64,000 nt of DNA from Carcharhinus amblyrhynchos (lineage: Eukaryota): assembly GCA_965287045.1 (NCBI GenBank), contig OZ336875.1:29574001-29638000 (forward strand), written 5' to 3'. Positions 14,570 through 26,211 of this stretch are shown here, piece after piece. Under the pieces are notes generated by a model. It was not told the DNA's origin. It did no database searches and saw only the letters and a program-made list of their open reading frames with translations. A program made the translations under genes and the position numbers. How positions within the stretch are numbered: the stretch's first letter is position 1; every line of letters starts with the position of its first letter.

Positions 14570-14885
14570 CAATAAACTCGGCAATGAACTCCTGTCAAGC
14601 CCCTCAGAGTGGTATATGGAATTAGATCCCATCTTGTACTTCTAAACACTAAATGAGTATAGGCCAAAAGCTTAAGCTTTCCTTGTAAGGCAACCCCTTC
14701 ATCCTAGGAATCACCAAATGAACCATTTCTGTACAGTCCACAATGAAAGTAAATCCTTAAGTAGACCAGATCTGTCTGCAGTGCACCAGGATTGGTCCCA
14801 GCAATGCTCCATACGTTTGTAGTTAAGCTGCCCTATTTTTAAACTCTGTCCCCTTGCAATAAGAACCATTATTCATGTGCTTAGT
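14570..14885 (-). mobile_element. Degenerate CR1 fragment
   Basis: tctaaacactaaatgagtataggcc and cccttcatcctaggaatca resemble the 50300-50400 region. Confidence 0.6.
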
Positions 14886-17549
14886 TGATTGCTTTTTATT
14901 TTAATTTCCTGTTTTAACTAACTAGTTGCTTCTAAAATTAATTTCAATTATCAACTCTTGTAATACAATCCAAACCCTCATAGCTCTCTCATTCAATAAA
15001 AAAGATATTCTCTTCTGTCTTCAATCTTGCATCCATGTGCCCTCATTTCATCTTTAGTCAGTAAGAGAATGTTTTTCTCAACCGTACGATTGCTTCATTT
15101 TTGAATAGCAACAATTTTATGTCTCTTACCTCTTCTAATGAAAACTGGTTATCTATTTTTTCTGTTAGGGAATGCTGAAAAAACCTTGGAACAAACTAAA
15201 GAATTTTTAAAAATTTTTTGGATGTCATTGACCTAGTGGGTTAGAACTGCTTTGTCTTGTTGGGCTAGATTAGGCTTGAAGTAGACCTGGGGCCTCTACC
15301 TTTTTAACTCGGGTGAAAGTGCTATCAACTATGCCAAGCTATCAATAGTGTGGTCAATGTTTAAAGTCGTCTTTAAATTGTTGCAGTAGTTTTGAGGCCA
15401 CAGCAAGAGGTGCTATCAAAGCTGAGGCAAATCTCCACTCCCTCCATTATCACTGCATGCAAAAACTTCGAGAAATTATGTGCAGTTGCAGATTTGGTTG
15501 TGTCCATCAGAATAATCATCTTCTGCACCCACTTTGTGATTCTAGATATGTTTTATCTACACTAGCTGTTTTCTTTTCAATAGAATTATTTTTGCTTAAA
15601 TAGCTAGCATCCTAGCCAGAATGCTGTGTTTAATGCAACTTCAAAAAAAATCTTTGAATTAGCTGCATTCTATGGGGAATGATTACTGACCTCGTAAGAC
15701 CAAAACTGCTAATAGATCTTTATGGCCTTAGTCCATACATAGTAAACACCATTCATTCGTTGACCCCGAACGTTGTGTTGCTGGGTATAAGTACTGTGTG
15801 AATGGTTGTGTTTACAGTTTTGTTTTCATTTTGTCTGTTCTTAATTCTGGAAGTTGGCACCTTCCGAAATGCCATTATTGAGAACATCTGATTGAAGAAA
15901 AGTTTCAATTCCGCATGGTTTTTTTTTCAGAGCAGTCTCCGTGCTTTCTTTTAAAATATATCTATATAAGTAACTATTTATAGTCAAACACAACAGCTAT
16001 TTCACACTCAGCAAAATCCCACCTGCAGTAATCTGATGTCTCAGTTACTTGATTTTTTTTCTTCAGGGAGAATGTTTGGGGATCTTAGCCTTTAAATCAG
16101 TGCTGTTGATGAGGTGTAAATCCCTTGTCTGAAATACTTTTATTTGTGTACACCCAATGTTGCCAGCATGTAATGCTCAGTCTCTGGAACAGAATCCACC
16201 AGCTGCTGAAACATGACTGATGCATTCTTCGTCCCAAAAGTTACTACGGTAAATCTGTACAGCCCGACAGTGCAACTAACTCAAAATGTGACTTATCGAG
16301 GGCAGTACCTGCCAAAAAGCCTTTTCCCACATCTGGAAGCATCAGATATTTTGCCTTGTCTGCATCTCTGGGGTGATCTCCATATTGGGAGGGAAGGCAT
16401 CAGCATCTGTCAAGTCATGGATTGTCCCTCAAGCTTATGCAGAGTAATCAATATCAAGACTTCCTGGATTTTGCTGTATTTGGGTTTGATAGCAATGCGC
16501 ATTGGACTTGAGTTACCTGGTTTACCTTTGTTCACAAATATCATCATGTCACCTGACTTGCCTGAGAACAATGTTTGAAATCTTAACATCTTCAGTTTGT
16601 TTTCTGTGTGGGACATTAGCTGATAAGGGACCAATATTTCCCTCCAAAAAGCTGTAAAATCTCAAACTTGTGGCCTTCTCCTGGGGACACACTGATACAT
16701 AGACCCATTTTTGTCACTGTTAATTTGAGTTCAAGTATACTTCATCGTGTGCTTATGCAGAGATTTCAGTACCTCAGACTGTTCTGTCTGTCTTGCCACC
16801 ATCAATAATTTGTGGGCATGTATCCCAAGGTCTCTGTGGCCTTGCACCCCATTTAGAATTGCAACTTTTATCTTGCATTGCCTCTCCATACGTAATAAAC
16901 ACCATTCTGCCCACCAAATTGTGTCACATGACATTTGTGTCAGATAAAACTTAATGCAGGCATGTCCATCCATTACCAGCCTTTGGCTTAAAATCGGTTT
17001 TCTTAGTTCGGAAATACTTGCATATTTTAAAATGTTGTTGTTCTCGATTTGTAATTCAGGAACAGATTTTTTGAATGAGAATGAAATATGAAGTAAGGAA
17101 TTTTTAAAGGGAAGCTTGGATGCAAATTTGCATTTCCTCCTTTACCAAAAACCAGGAAGATGGGGAGGTTTGGGACTGAGATGTTACTGTAAATTATTAT
17201 GTTTGTAGCTAACAAGTTGTTAATTGAAGGTTATCTGCCAGAATTAGACTCGCCCTTTATAATCTGGCATGTAACAAGCAACTTTTATCATTTAAAAATC
17301 TAACCCTCAAGCTGCAAAATTGCATGCAAGTTATGAAACTAATCTGGTGTTGAAGTGATTATTAAATTAGTTAACTGTAATTTGTAATGTAGGAGAGGTG
17401 TGTTGCTACACTGCTGAGTGCGTGGATAATATTTCTAATTGTTTTCTCTATAATTCCCTTTTTAGGGCACTAGGTTCTGATTCCTGGGGACTTCCCAGCT
17501 AAGAACTCTTGGCCTTGCTCTGATAAATGGGAATCTACCAGTTAAAGGC

Positions 17550-18677
17550 ATGGCCCAGATATCCAGTAGAAATGGGTTCAAGCAGCCTTCCACAATGGGC
17601 CACTCTGGAAATCGAGCTGTTGGCAAAGAAGAAGCTCTGCAAATGGAGGCTGAAGCCTTGGCTAAGTTGCAGAAGGAGAGAAGCCAAAGTCTAAAAGAAG
17701 ATCATGCATTGAGGTCTGCCAGCAGTGTGTGCCAGAAATCCCCAGGTACTATCCAGGAGTATGATCTCATTCACTTCCCAGAGGCAGAAAGCTCAAAGAA
17801 ACAAGCTGCTGATGCTCTGTCTGACCTGGATATAGAGAAACTAACTTCAGCTGAGCTAGAAAAGTTGCTGTTGGACAAAAACTTTGGTCCTAAAAAAACA
17901 ACCCGACCCCACACATTACCAAATACTCCCCTTGTAAGCCCATCGTTCTCCAGCCAGTTTTACAATCAAGCGCCATTCTCTGGGAGTCAATGGACAGGTG
18001 GGTTACAGAGGCCTATAGTCCAAACAGCTAGTTACCACGCAGTACAAGTGACATATCCTAAACAGCCTGATCCATTTCAGAATGGCTTTGGTCCTGGACA
18101 GTCTTCATATCGACCTTCAGAGCCAGTTTTTGTTGGCCTTCGTGCACATCAGTACATGCCCTTCCCACTCCAGCCTGCTGCACCTGTGCACACTGCAGGT
18201 GTCCGACCTGCTTATGCAACGGTCACACCCGAGCTTGCAAAACTGTATGATAAAATAGCCAGCACATCAGAATACTTAAAAAATAGTAAGTCGAGCAATG
18301 ATTTGGAATCGGCCAATACAATGGTTCCTAAGCTGCCAGTGTGTGAAAACTCAAATGATGTCAGCAAATTTGACTGGTTGGATCTTGATCCACTCAACAA
18401 AGCAAAGATTGACAACCTGGAGCTCTCTCCAAGTGAAGTCGAGATGGAGCAGAAAGTAGATGCAGGGACAGTGGCTGGGGATCCTTGGGAGCAGGTGCTG
18501 CAAAAACAGAATCCATTAGAAAGCAGCCAACCTGATGTGAAGACTGAAGTGGTATCATCGAAGCAGCCAAGTGGGAAATCCACCACTGGAGTTGCACGTA
18601 GTTTATCTCTTAATTTACGGTCCACAAAATCACAGCTTTCTGACAGAATGCAAGGACTGAACACCAAAACTGCCCAG
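17550..18677 (+). CDS. PIK3C2A: PIK3C2A coding exon 1 (N-terminal disordered/clathrin-binding region); the exon begins at 17466 with 5' UTR
   Basis: MAQISS..., KEEALQMEAEALAKLQK, ELEKLLLD, KFDWLDLDPL and DPW match vertebrate PI3K-C2alpha; acceptor tttag at 17461-17465; donor CAG|gtatgt at 18678; phase 0. Confidence 0.97.
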
Positions 18678-19539
18678 GTATGTGACCAAAACACTTGCTA
18701 TATCTTGTAGTACTTCACTTTTTTTTTCTGTTAACTGATGAGCAAATTTAACCATTCTGTGAACGGTGTTTTGATTTATTATTATCACATTATTAGTACT
18801 CAGTTAAAAGTATTGTTTCTTGCATGCTATACAGACAAACCAATTTGAACATAGCGAAGGAAAGGCGAGGTGTAAAATGTAGTATTACAGTTAGAGCTAA
18901 AGATCAACTTAATATGAAGTAGGTCCATTCAAAAGTCTGATAGCAACAGGAAAGAAGCTGCACCCTGCCCCCAAGTAAATTCTTAAAGGGATTGACAGGG
19001 TAAAATAACATGTCTCAATTTAAATCACATTTTATTTAATCTAAACTCCAGGGCCTAGTCTGCTCAAATGCTCTTCAGTTGGGGGTTGTGGGATATGGTG
19101 AAAGAGCCCCTCAACGTTAGTCTTTACCCTGAGATGGGAGATGTGAATGACATTTGGTCTGGTCCACTGACTGCAGTACAGAACATAGGTACTATAGCGG
19201 CTAAACGTTGAGCCCCAGTTCTCGAGGAACTTGTCCCAGTTGTGTTATCAGGTTCTAGGCCCCCTAGCCCTCACCCCACCTGACGTCCATGACCTTTAAT
19301 ATCCCTATGCCAACTTGTCCAGTATCCACCCTGCACAAACCTCTAGGAGCCATTTGGAGAAGAAATAATGTTCTGTAATTTCATTTGTACAGACTACATG
19401 ACTTAGGAAAGCATACAATTCATCAAAGTCAATTTCTTACTTTTTTACTCCCCTGTGAGAATGGGGAAGCTTCTATTCATAGCCTACATCAAAGACAGCT
19501 AATTCTTTAACAGCCTCTTTATTAGAACCCTCCCTGGCT

Positions 19540-19820
19540 ATAAAATCCCTACAGTGCAGAAAGAGGCCATCTGGCCCATTAAGTCTCCACTGACCCTTGG
19601 AAAGAGCATCCACTAAGGACCTCCCCTCTGCCCTATCTCTGTAACACCACGCATTTACCATGGCTGATCCACCTAACCTTCACATCTTTGGAGTGTGGGA
19701 GAAAGCACTTGAGGAATCCCACACAGACACTGGGAGAATCCACGGAGTTGCCCACCTTTTAATCAAACTCAGGGCCCTGGCACTGAGGTCAGCAGTGTTA
19801 ACCACTGCCACTGTGCTGCC
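19540..19820 (-). mobile_element. V-SINE (HE1-like)
   Basis: acagtgcagaaagaggccatctggccc tail; ccacctaaccttcacatctttgg; cagcagtgttaaccactgccactgtgctgcc head. Confidence 0.8.
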
Positions 19821-20280
19821 TATCTTCTTGAAAACCAGCTCAGCATTCACAAAGAACCCTTTGGGGAAATGTCAACAGAGTTCAACTCTTGCTGATATCT
19901 TCAGTTGTTTCTCTTCATTTTTAAAAGCTGGGAGTTTAATAATGTCACATCTTGACAGTTCTGCAGACCTTATCTGTCCTTCAGGCAACTTTGCATTTAT
20001 TCCATAAATTTGAGACTCCTATACTGCAGGTTTAAATCCCTTGCAATACCCAAAATGGGTTTGTTTGTACTCAGCACTGAGTTCAAAAGGCGGTGTGAAG
20101 TTTAGTTTCCTTCATGTGTCAGGAAAAACATTAACACTAAACATTGGATCTGTCAGAAATGTGGCCAAGACTTCATGTCTGGGTTCAGCCCATTATTTTG
20201 GAAGCTCATCAGTCTGAAAATTCATGCTGCATATTCCCAATCCCTTTGTGACAAAACTAAGCATACTACTTTAATACCAA

Positions 20281-20388
20281 AATAAAATGCTGCAGGTGCT
20301 GGAAATCTGAAATAATAGCTGAAAATGTTGGAAAAAGTCAGCATGTAAGGCAGCATCTGTGGAGAGAGAATTGGAATTAATGGTCAGA
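20281..20388. mobile_element. Penelope-derived repeat, single arm
   Basis: tgctggaaatctgaaat...gcagcatctgtggagagag is shared with 30708, 47421 and 51477. Confidence 0.6.
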
Positions 20389-22714
20389 ATCTTAGCTGTC
20401 TTTGTGCTGGCAGGATTTTCGGTCCCGCTGTGGTGAAGACATTTGGTTGGGCGCCAGTTTTCCTGTCCTCACTACAACAGGAGCAGGGCATGAACAGCCA
20501 GTAAGATTGCGTCCAATGTTTCAAGCTGATGACCTTTTTTATCAGAATGACACATGGTTGTGTAGGATCAGAGTGCTGTAAATATGGTATGTCAAACTGT
20601 CCTGCCATATCGTTTGTTCATTGGCAGATTGAATTAACTGGTTTATTTAGTTTTATTAACCTGCTAAAGTTGTAGTTTCGTAGCTTAAGAGAAAAACTCA
20701 CCAAAGCTGCTGGAGTGCTCCCTTCCACTCCCACTTGCACTAAATTTCAGACTTTAGTATTCTTACCAAGCTACTCGGTTCTGCTCACACAGAATCAATT
20801 CCCTGACTAGTATCAGAAATTGTATTCCCCATATTTGGGAACATGAACAACCTAAATAATTTGCATTAGTCTACTTCAACCAGTGTATAGAAAGGGGTAT
20901 CATTTTTTCATATTTTCTAAGCATGCTGCATGTTATCTTGGTTTTTTTTCCCACCATCATGTTCTTTTTGCCACCATCACGTTCAAGATGTCCAATCTCA
21001 TACTAGTTAATAGCTGTTCTTTATCTATGTTCCTCTTTATAACTGACATCATGCAGGGGTTTATTAAGTGGTCTCAACTTTTGGAATGAGGTTGAAGAAA
21101 AACATTTTGTTTTATTTCCATTATCAAATGTCTTTTTCTTTCAAAATCATCTCGCATTACACATAATGGGCTTACCCCGTAGCCTTGAAAGTACACCGAC
21201 AGTCTACTCACAGGCCTCTTGAAGTGCTGTTGTCGAAATTGCTGCCAGAGGCATTACAGAAGTGAGTTAGGGTAACTTTTTAATGCATTTTTTTTTTAAG
21301 TGATATTTGACTTTCAGCCACTGACTCTCTGACAGTATGGGAAAGAAGGCACACTTGGAAAGAGCAGACTGTTGTCATCAGCATCTGTACTAACACTAAC
21401 AGTATGAATGAATGTTGTGAACACTGAACTTTCCATCTCTCTTGCAGCAATGAGCTGGCATTCTTCCAGTTCCATTCTTTTCTCTCTGCTTAGAGACTTG
21501 CATATCAGACACTTATACACAAATGTGGCTCCAATGTAACTGAGAGGCCGTGCATACCTTCACAGCAGGAAATGCCAGCTTGTAAGGTGATTTGGCTTGA
21601 AGTCAACACAAGCTTATCCTGATCCAAGAGATTTATGATTCAGTTGTTGTTTTAAAAAAAAATTGTTTCTGGCTTAAGTATACAGTTGTCGTGTTTCTGG
21701 ATTTGTCATAATGTTACAATTGGGAGGCCTGAATCAGTCACAGAAGCAGTTCAACAACACAAAATATGGCTTTTGATAGAGCAAAGTTTTTGGTGGATTG
21801 AAACAATAGGTTTGCATTCTTTATGTGTGACCTCTTACATTTTTCTAATGTGATCCAACCAGGGATGAGACATGGCTTCAGCATTTCCTGATTAATGATC
21901 CACACATTGTAGTCGTCAAGCTTTCCTTTCAACAAATCTGAGTTCTTGTTCAGCAAGGGCACGTTTCCTGTTTTGTTAAAGCTGCTTGAGTTAGCTTCAA
22001 ACTCCCCAAGAAAATACCATGCGAAATGCACTTTCAAAGTTGTTCCCGGCAACTGAATTGTTTTTTTAGATTTTTTTAATCCAAAAGTGTCTAATTTCCT
22101 GTCATTACCATGCTTAACATTCCAGAGCAGCAACCAGCTGTTTTATTTTTCCCTCTTTGGGTGACACTGAAGTAGACACCATCAAAACAATATATGGTTC
22201 AACGAAGATCCCCGATTCCCTAATGAGTTGAGATATTAAATATATGTGAATTGTCCAGAGCTGTGAGACGGGAATTTTTAAGGTGTTTTTCACCAGGCAA
22301 GTTTTTAAACTTTAAATGTAATTGTTAAAGCTGCAAAATGGAACTTTCTTCTGTGCCGTCTGGTGTCAAAATTCGGCACACTACCAGCTTGATAAACCTA
22401 GCAAGAGACAGCTTTCAGAGTAAATGTCCACTCTGGTCTACCTCGCATCTCAAAGAAATGTGTCTCGTCTGAGTTTATTGAATTATGACTATACGTTACA
22501 TGGATTATAATGGAGACCAGATCTGCATACTTTTTAAAAAGGCAATAAAATTGCTCACATTGATGCCAATTCCAATCTCTTTGAACAGTCTTGCATTTAG
22601 AACCAGAGGAACTAATTGGAATTGTCCGTCTTCCATATTTTTTCCAATTTCTATTTGCACTTTTTTTAAAAAAAAATCACTAGTTTGCATGTAAAATCTC
22701 TATGCATCATGCCT

Positions 22715-22950
22715 TAGGTGGTGCAATTTGATTCCTGGTATGGATGACTGTGCACAGACAGTCTCCCCATGTTTGCGTGTGTTTCTTTGGATGCTCTGGT
22801 TTCCTCCCACATTCTGAAAGACATGCTGGTCAGGTGCATTGGCCACACTAAATTCTCCCTCATTACCCAAATAGCGCTGGAGTGTGGAAACTAGGGGATT
22901 TTCACAGTAGCTTCATTGCGATGTTAATGTAAGCCTACTTGTGACCTAAT
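22715..22950 (+). mobile_element. V-domain SINE with alternative (non-CR1) tail
   Basis: V-domain (gctctggtttcctcccacattctgaaagacatgctgg) followed by ctaggggattttcacagtagcttcattgcgatgttaatgtaagcctacttgtgac; same family as the 50995 copy. Confidence 0.8.
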
Positions 22951-25189
22951 ACTTAATTACACATTATGCAGGTTATTGAGCATTATAGTCAAGGTTTCGC
23001 CAAGCCTCTTAAGAATTGATCGATTTTTGTTACCTTTTATGTTTTGATTAGAAATACTTCACCTCAGCACACCATCCCATACTGTATATCTGGATCCAAA
23101 CCAGGTAAAATTGTACGAGTGTGGCACCTGAACAAGTGCTTAAACTGAACGGGCAGCTTGCACATGACGTTCAATTTTTATTTTACATGAAATCAGTTGA
23201 CAACAAACTTTTGTTATCCTCTTCTCATGTAAGCATCACTTTCGGCCAAATCTCCAATACAATCTGTATGAAAAGAAAAGGAAGCCTTGGTTGCAGTGAC
23301 CAGAATACATAAGGATATCCACCAATTGTCCCTGTTTTAAAACCTTTTGTGAATACTTTGTTTCCTGAGAATAAGAAAAACATGTTAATATGCAATTATT
23401 TAAGTATTTTTTTAAGGCTATTAAGCACAACAGTCTATTTAACTGTAATTACTTGTACGAATAATTGGCCGGGCATTGGCTGGGAACCTACCTTCTTTCG
23501 CAAGTGGGAATGTTTGGAATTGCCAATTTGTGCCCTTGTACATGTTTATGTAAAATATGAACACAATATTCACACCATAGAAGACCAGATGATAGTTTGT
23601 CCATGTGTTTGCTATGCTAAGCAGTGGCACATCTTTCTCTCCACTCCTTCCCTGGCTCCAACCATCTAAAATTAAATAAACAAGAAGCCTAATTGTTCTA
23701 GGCTGTTACTTTGTCACCCCCAGCAATGTTTGTTCAGCACTGGGGACATGGCGTGCTTCCTGAAAAGTCCAAAGAAAAGGAAGAAACTCAAAGCAAGTGC
23801 TCTTTTTTAAGTTTAAAAATTAACTGTGTGTACCAGGAAGAGGCCACTTCTCAGCTATGTTCCTCGCATATGAACATGACCTCCATGATATGAACTTTTA
23901 ACAGTAACAATACGTTTTAAAAGTCAGAAGTTTTATCCTGTCTTTTTCGTAACAGTTGCTTGCACAGTTACTTTTTGGTCAGAGATTTTTGTGTTATGGA
24001 GACTTGCACTACGAATGATTCTTATGCCGACAGTTTCCTGAACACAGGAAATTTTACTGCTTGAGTAGGAAATGAGAAAGCACAAATTACCAACCAAGGC
24101 TGGTTTCCTTTGGTGAAAAGTGAATTGCTCTGCAAGTATTTGGGTGTGCTAATTGCTCTTTGTTTAAAAAAGTAGGTTTTCATTATTGGAGTTGTCCCTT
24201 ATCTAAACTTGCTATTAAATAGATAATCTTAGTCTACCTAACCTCTCCTCAGAAGAGCCGGAATGTCTTAAACCCACTATTAAACTACACATCAGTTTTT
24301 ATGTGGACTTGTTCCCTGTTGCTCATTGTGTAAATGACCATTAGACTCATTGTAGCCTGCGTATAAATCAGGTGTCTGTTTCTGACTGTTGGGAAAAGTA
24401 GACGAATGAACTAACAGGCAGTAGAAAATGGTGGCTCTTCAAGCCAGCCAACAGAGGGAAGTTTAACACGTGTAGATCAAGCCATTTGCGACTTGAGAAA
24501 CCTTTTGATACTTGAAACCAGCCAGGAATGGGCCAATGTGAATAATGGCTGGTGGGAGCTCTTGTCAAGAGGAGCACAATTTAAGAAGGAGCAGAGATTC
24601 TAGAGAATGTTGGGAGATTGGAGACACAATATAAAGGAGCAGGAGCCAAATCAAGTATGAGTGAAATCCAGTAAGTGATATGAGTGACTTTGTAACACAC
24701 AAAATGTGTAGAAACAGAAAACTACAGTGAGTATACTGGTAAGCTTTCAATGTAACTGTCAATTGTAATCTTGAGGGTTGCAGATAATGAGTTGCATAAA
24801 ATAATTTCCGTTAACCCCCTTGTATGATAAAGGCAGCACCGGAGATGACGCTCATTGGGATGTAGCTGATTATTTAAGTTTTAGTTTAATGCTCCCATAA
24901 ATAAGTCAGACTTTGGTGTGCACACCTGCTCCATGTCTTGTCTTGTGTTCTGGATGACCAGAAGTGTCACAACAGGTTGAGAGCTTTGTAGCTGGTACGT
25001 TTATATATGAGGCTGTCCACAGCTTATGGTTGGAGACAGTGTGAGAATGGGTGACAACCTCCCAATTAAAAAGAATCACAATGAAGGAGTCCCCCGAGTG
25101 TATCCTACTCTCCCAGTCTGCAACGTGTTGCTTCCCTGGTGCTAAGTTCAAAACATCAGTGACTTGAGATGATTGGCAAAAGATGTGGC

Positions 25190-25414
25190 AGCACCTTTTT
25201 AATGCAACAATTGGTTCGGATCTGGACTGTCTAGTGGAGGCAGATTCAATCGTGGCTTTCGAAAGATAATTGGCTCATTATCAGAAGAGAAGATTTTTGG
25301 GGTTACTGAGAAAAGGTGGAGGATTGCCACAGGGTGAATTGCTCTTTGCAGGGAACTGATACAGGCACCACGAGGGTAAATGGCAACCATCTATTCTGTA
25401 TCCTTTCTATGATG
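25190..25414 (+). mobile_element. Degenerate CR1 3' end
   Basis: gtggaggcagattcaatcgtggctttcgaaag ... ttctgtatcctttctatgat tail. Confidence 0.65.
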
Positions 25415-25667
25415 ATGTAGAGATGCTGGCGTTGGACTGGGGTAAACACAGTAAGAAGTCTCTTAACACCAGGTTTAAGTCCAACCAGTTTATTTGATAG
25501 TAATCCCACAAGCTTTCGGTTCAGTTAACTGCATGTATCTTAATATGTCCTTCTCTGATCAGAACCTTCCACGCACCTGACGAAGGAACACCGTTTCTGA
25601 AAGCTTGTGGGATTACTATCAAATAAACTGGTTGGACTTAAACCTAGTGTTGTGAGACTCCTTACTG
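25415..25667. mobile_element. Penelope-like element remnant with 70-bp inverted arms and 14-bp TSD
   Basis: Arms at 25448-25517 and 25599-25668 are near-perfect reverse complements; tcctttctatgatg occurs at 25401-25414 and 25668-25681. Confidence 0.85.
25574..25609 (+). ncRNA. Minimal type I hammerhead ribozyme motif (Penelope-type)
   Basis: cac-CUGACGA-[AGGAAC acc GUUUCU]-GAAA-gc-UU-gug: both core boxes, 6-bp stem II, palindromic AGCU stem III, cac/gug stem I. Confidence 0.7.
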
Positions 25668-26211
25668 TCCTTTCTATGATGCCATGAGTGGTAATGTTTG
25701 GATTTTTTTTGTCAACACTAAATGTAGTTGCAATTTCTAACCTGTTATTTTTAATTTCCGTTGGAAGTATTCCGTGCTTTTGTTTCACAATGAGTTTGTC
25801 ACTTATTGAAGTCTTGCTACCTTCTGATATTCAGTGATCACTGGTGCCAGTGGAGGTGCAATGTTCTGAAGATGGAGAGGTGAAAACGACGGTTGATCTG
25901 CTGGGTTGATTTTAATGTTTCTTCAACAGCAACAAATTATATGTAGTGCATTTCATGCAGTGAAACATCCCAGGGTTCTTGGAACTAGGACACCTAAAGA
26001 CAAGGCCATAAACTGGTGTGCAGTTAAAATCAGGGATGCACAACGGGGTTAAATTTGAGCAGCAAAGACGTCCTGGAGGGTTGTGGGCCTCGGAGATTCG
26101 AGTTCAGAAAGGGCGAGGCCAGAGATTTCAAAACAAGGATGAGAATTTTAAATCAAGTCATTGGTTCCCAAGCAAGCAATGTAGATGGGAGCATTAGGGG
26201 TCGGCTTTGTT

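Noticed and set aside
16213-16578. 121-aa ORF upstream of PIK3C2A exon 1
   Set aside because: No recognisable domain or splice-phase link; lies among degenerate repeats.
18212-18694. 160-aa antisense ORF
   Set aside because: Shadow of PIK3C2A exon 1; no recognisable protein.
18678-18710. C-terminal VCDQNTCYIL of the 386-aa ORF
   Set aside because: Read-through past the gtatgt donor; intronic.
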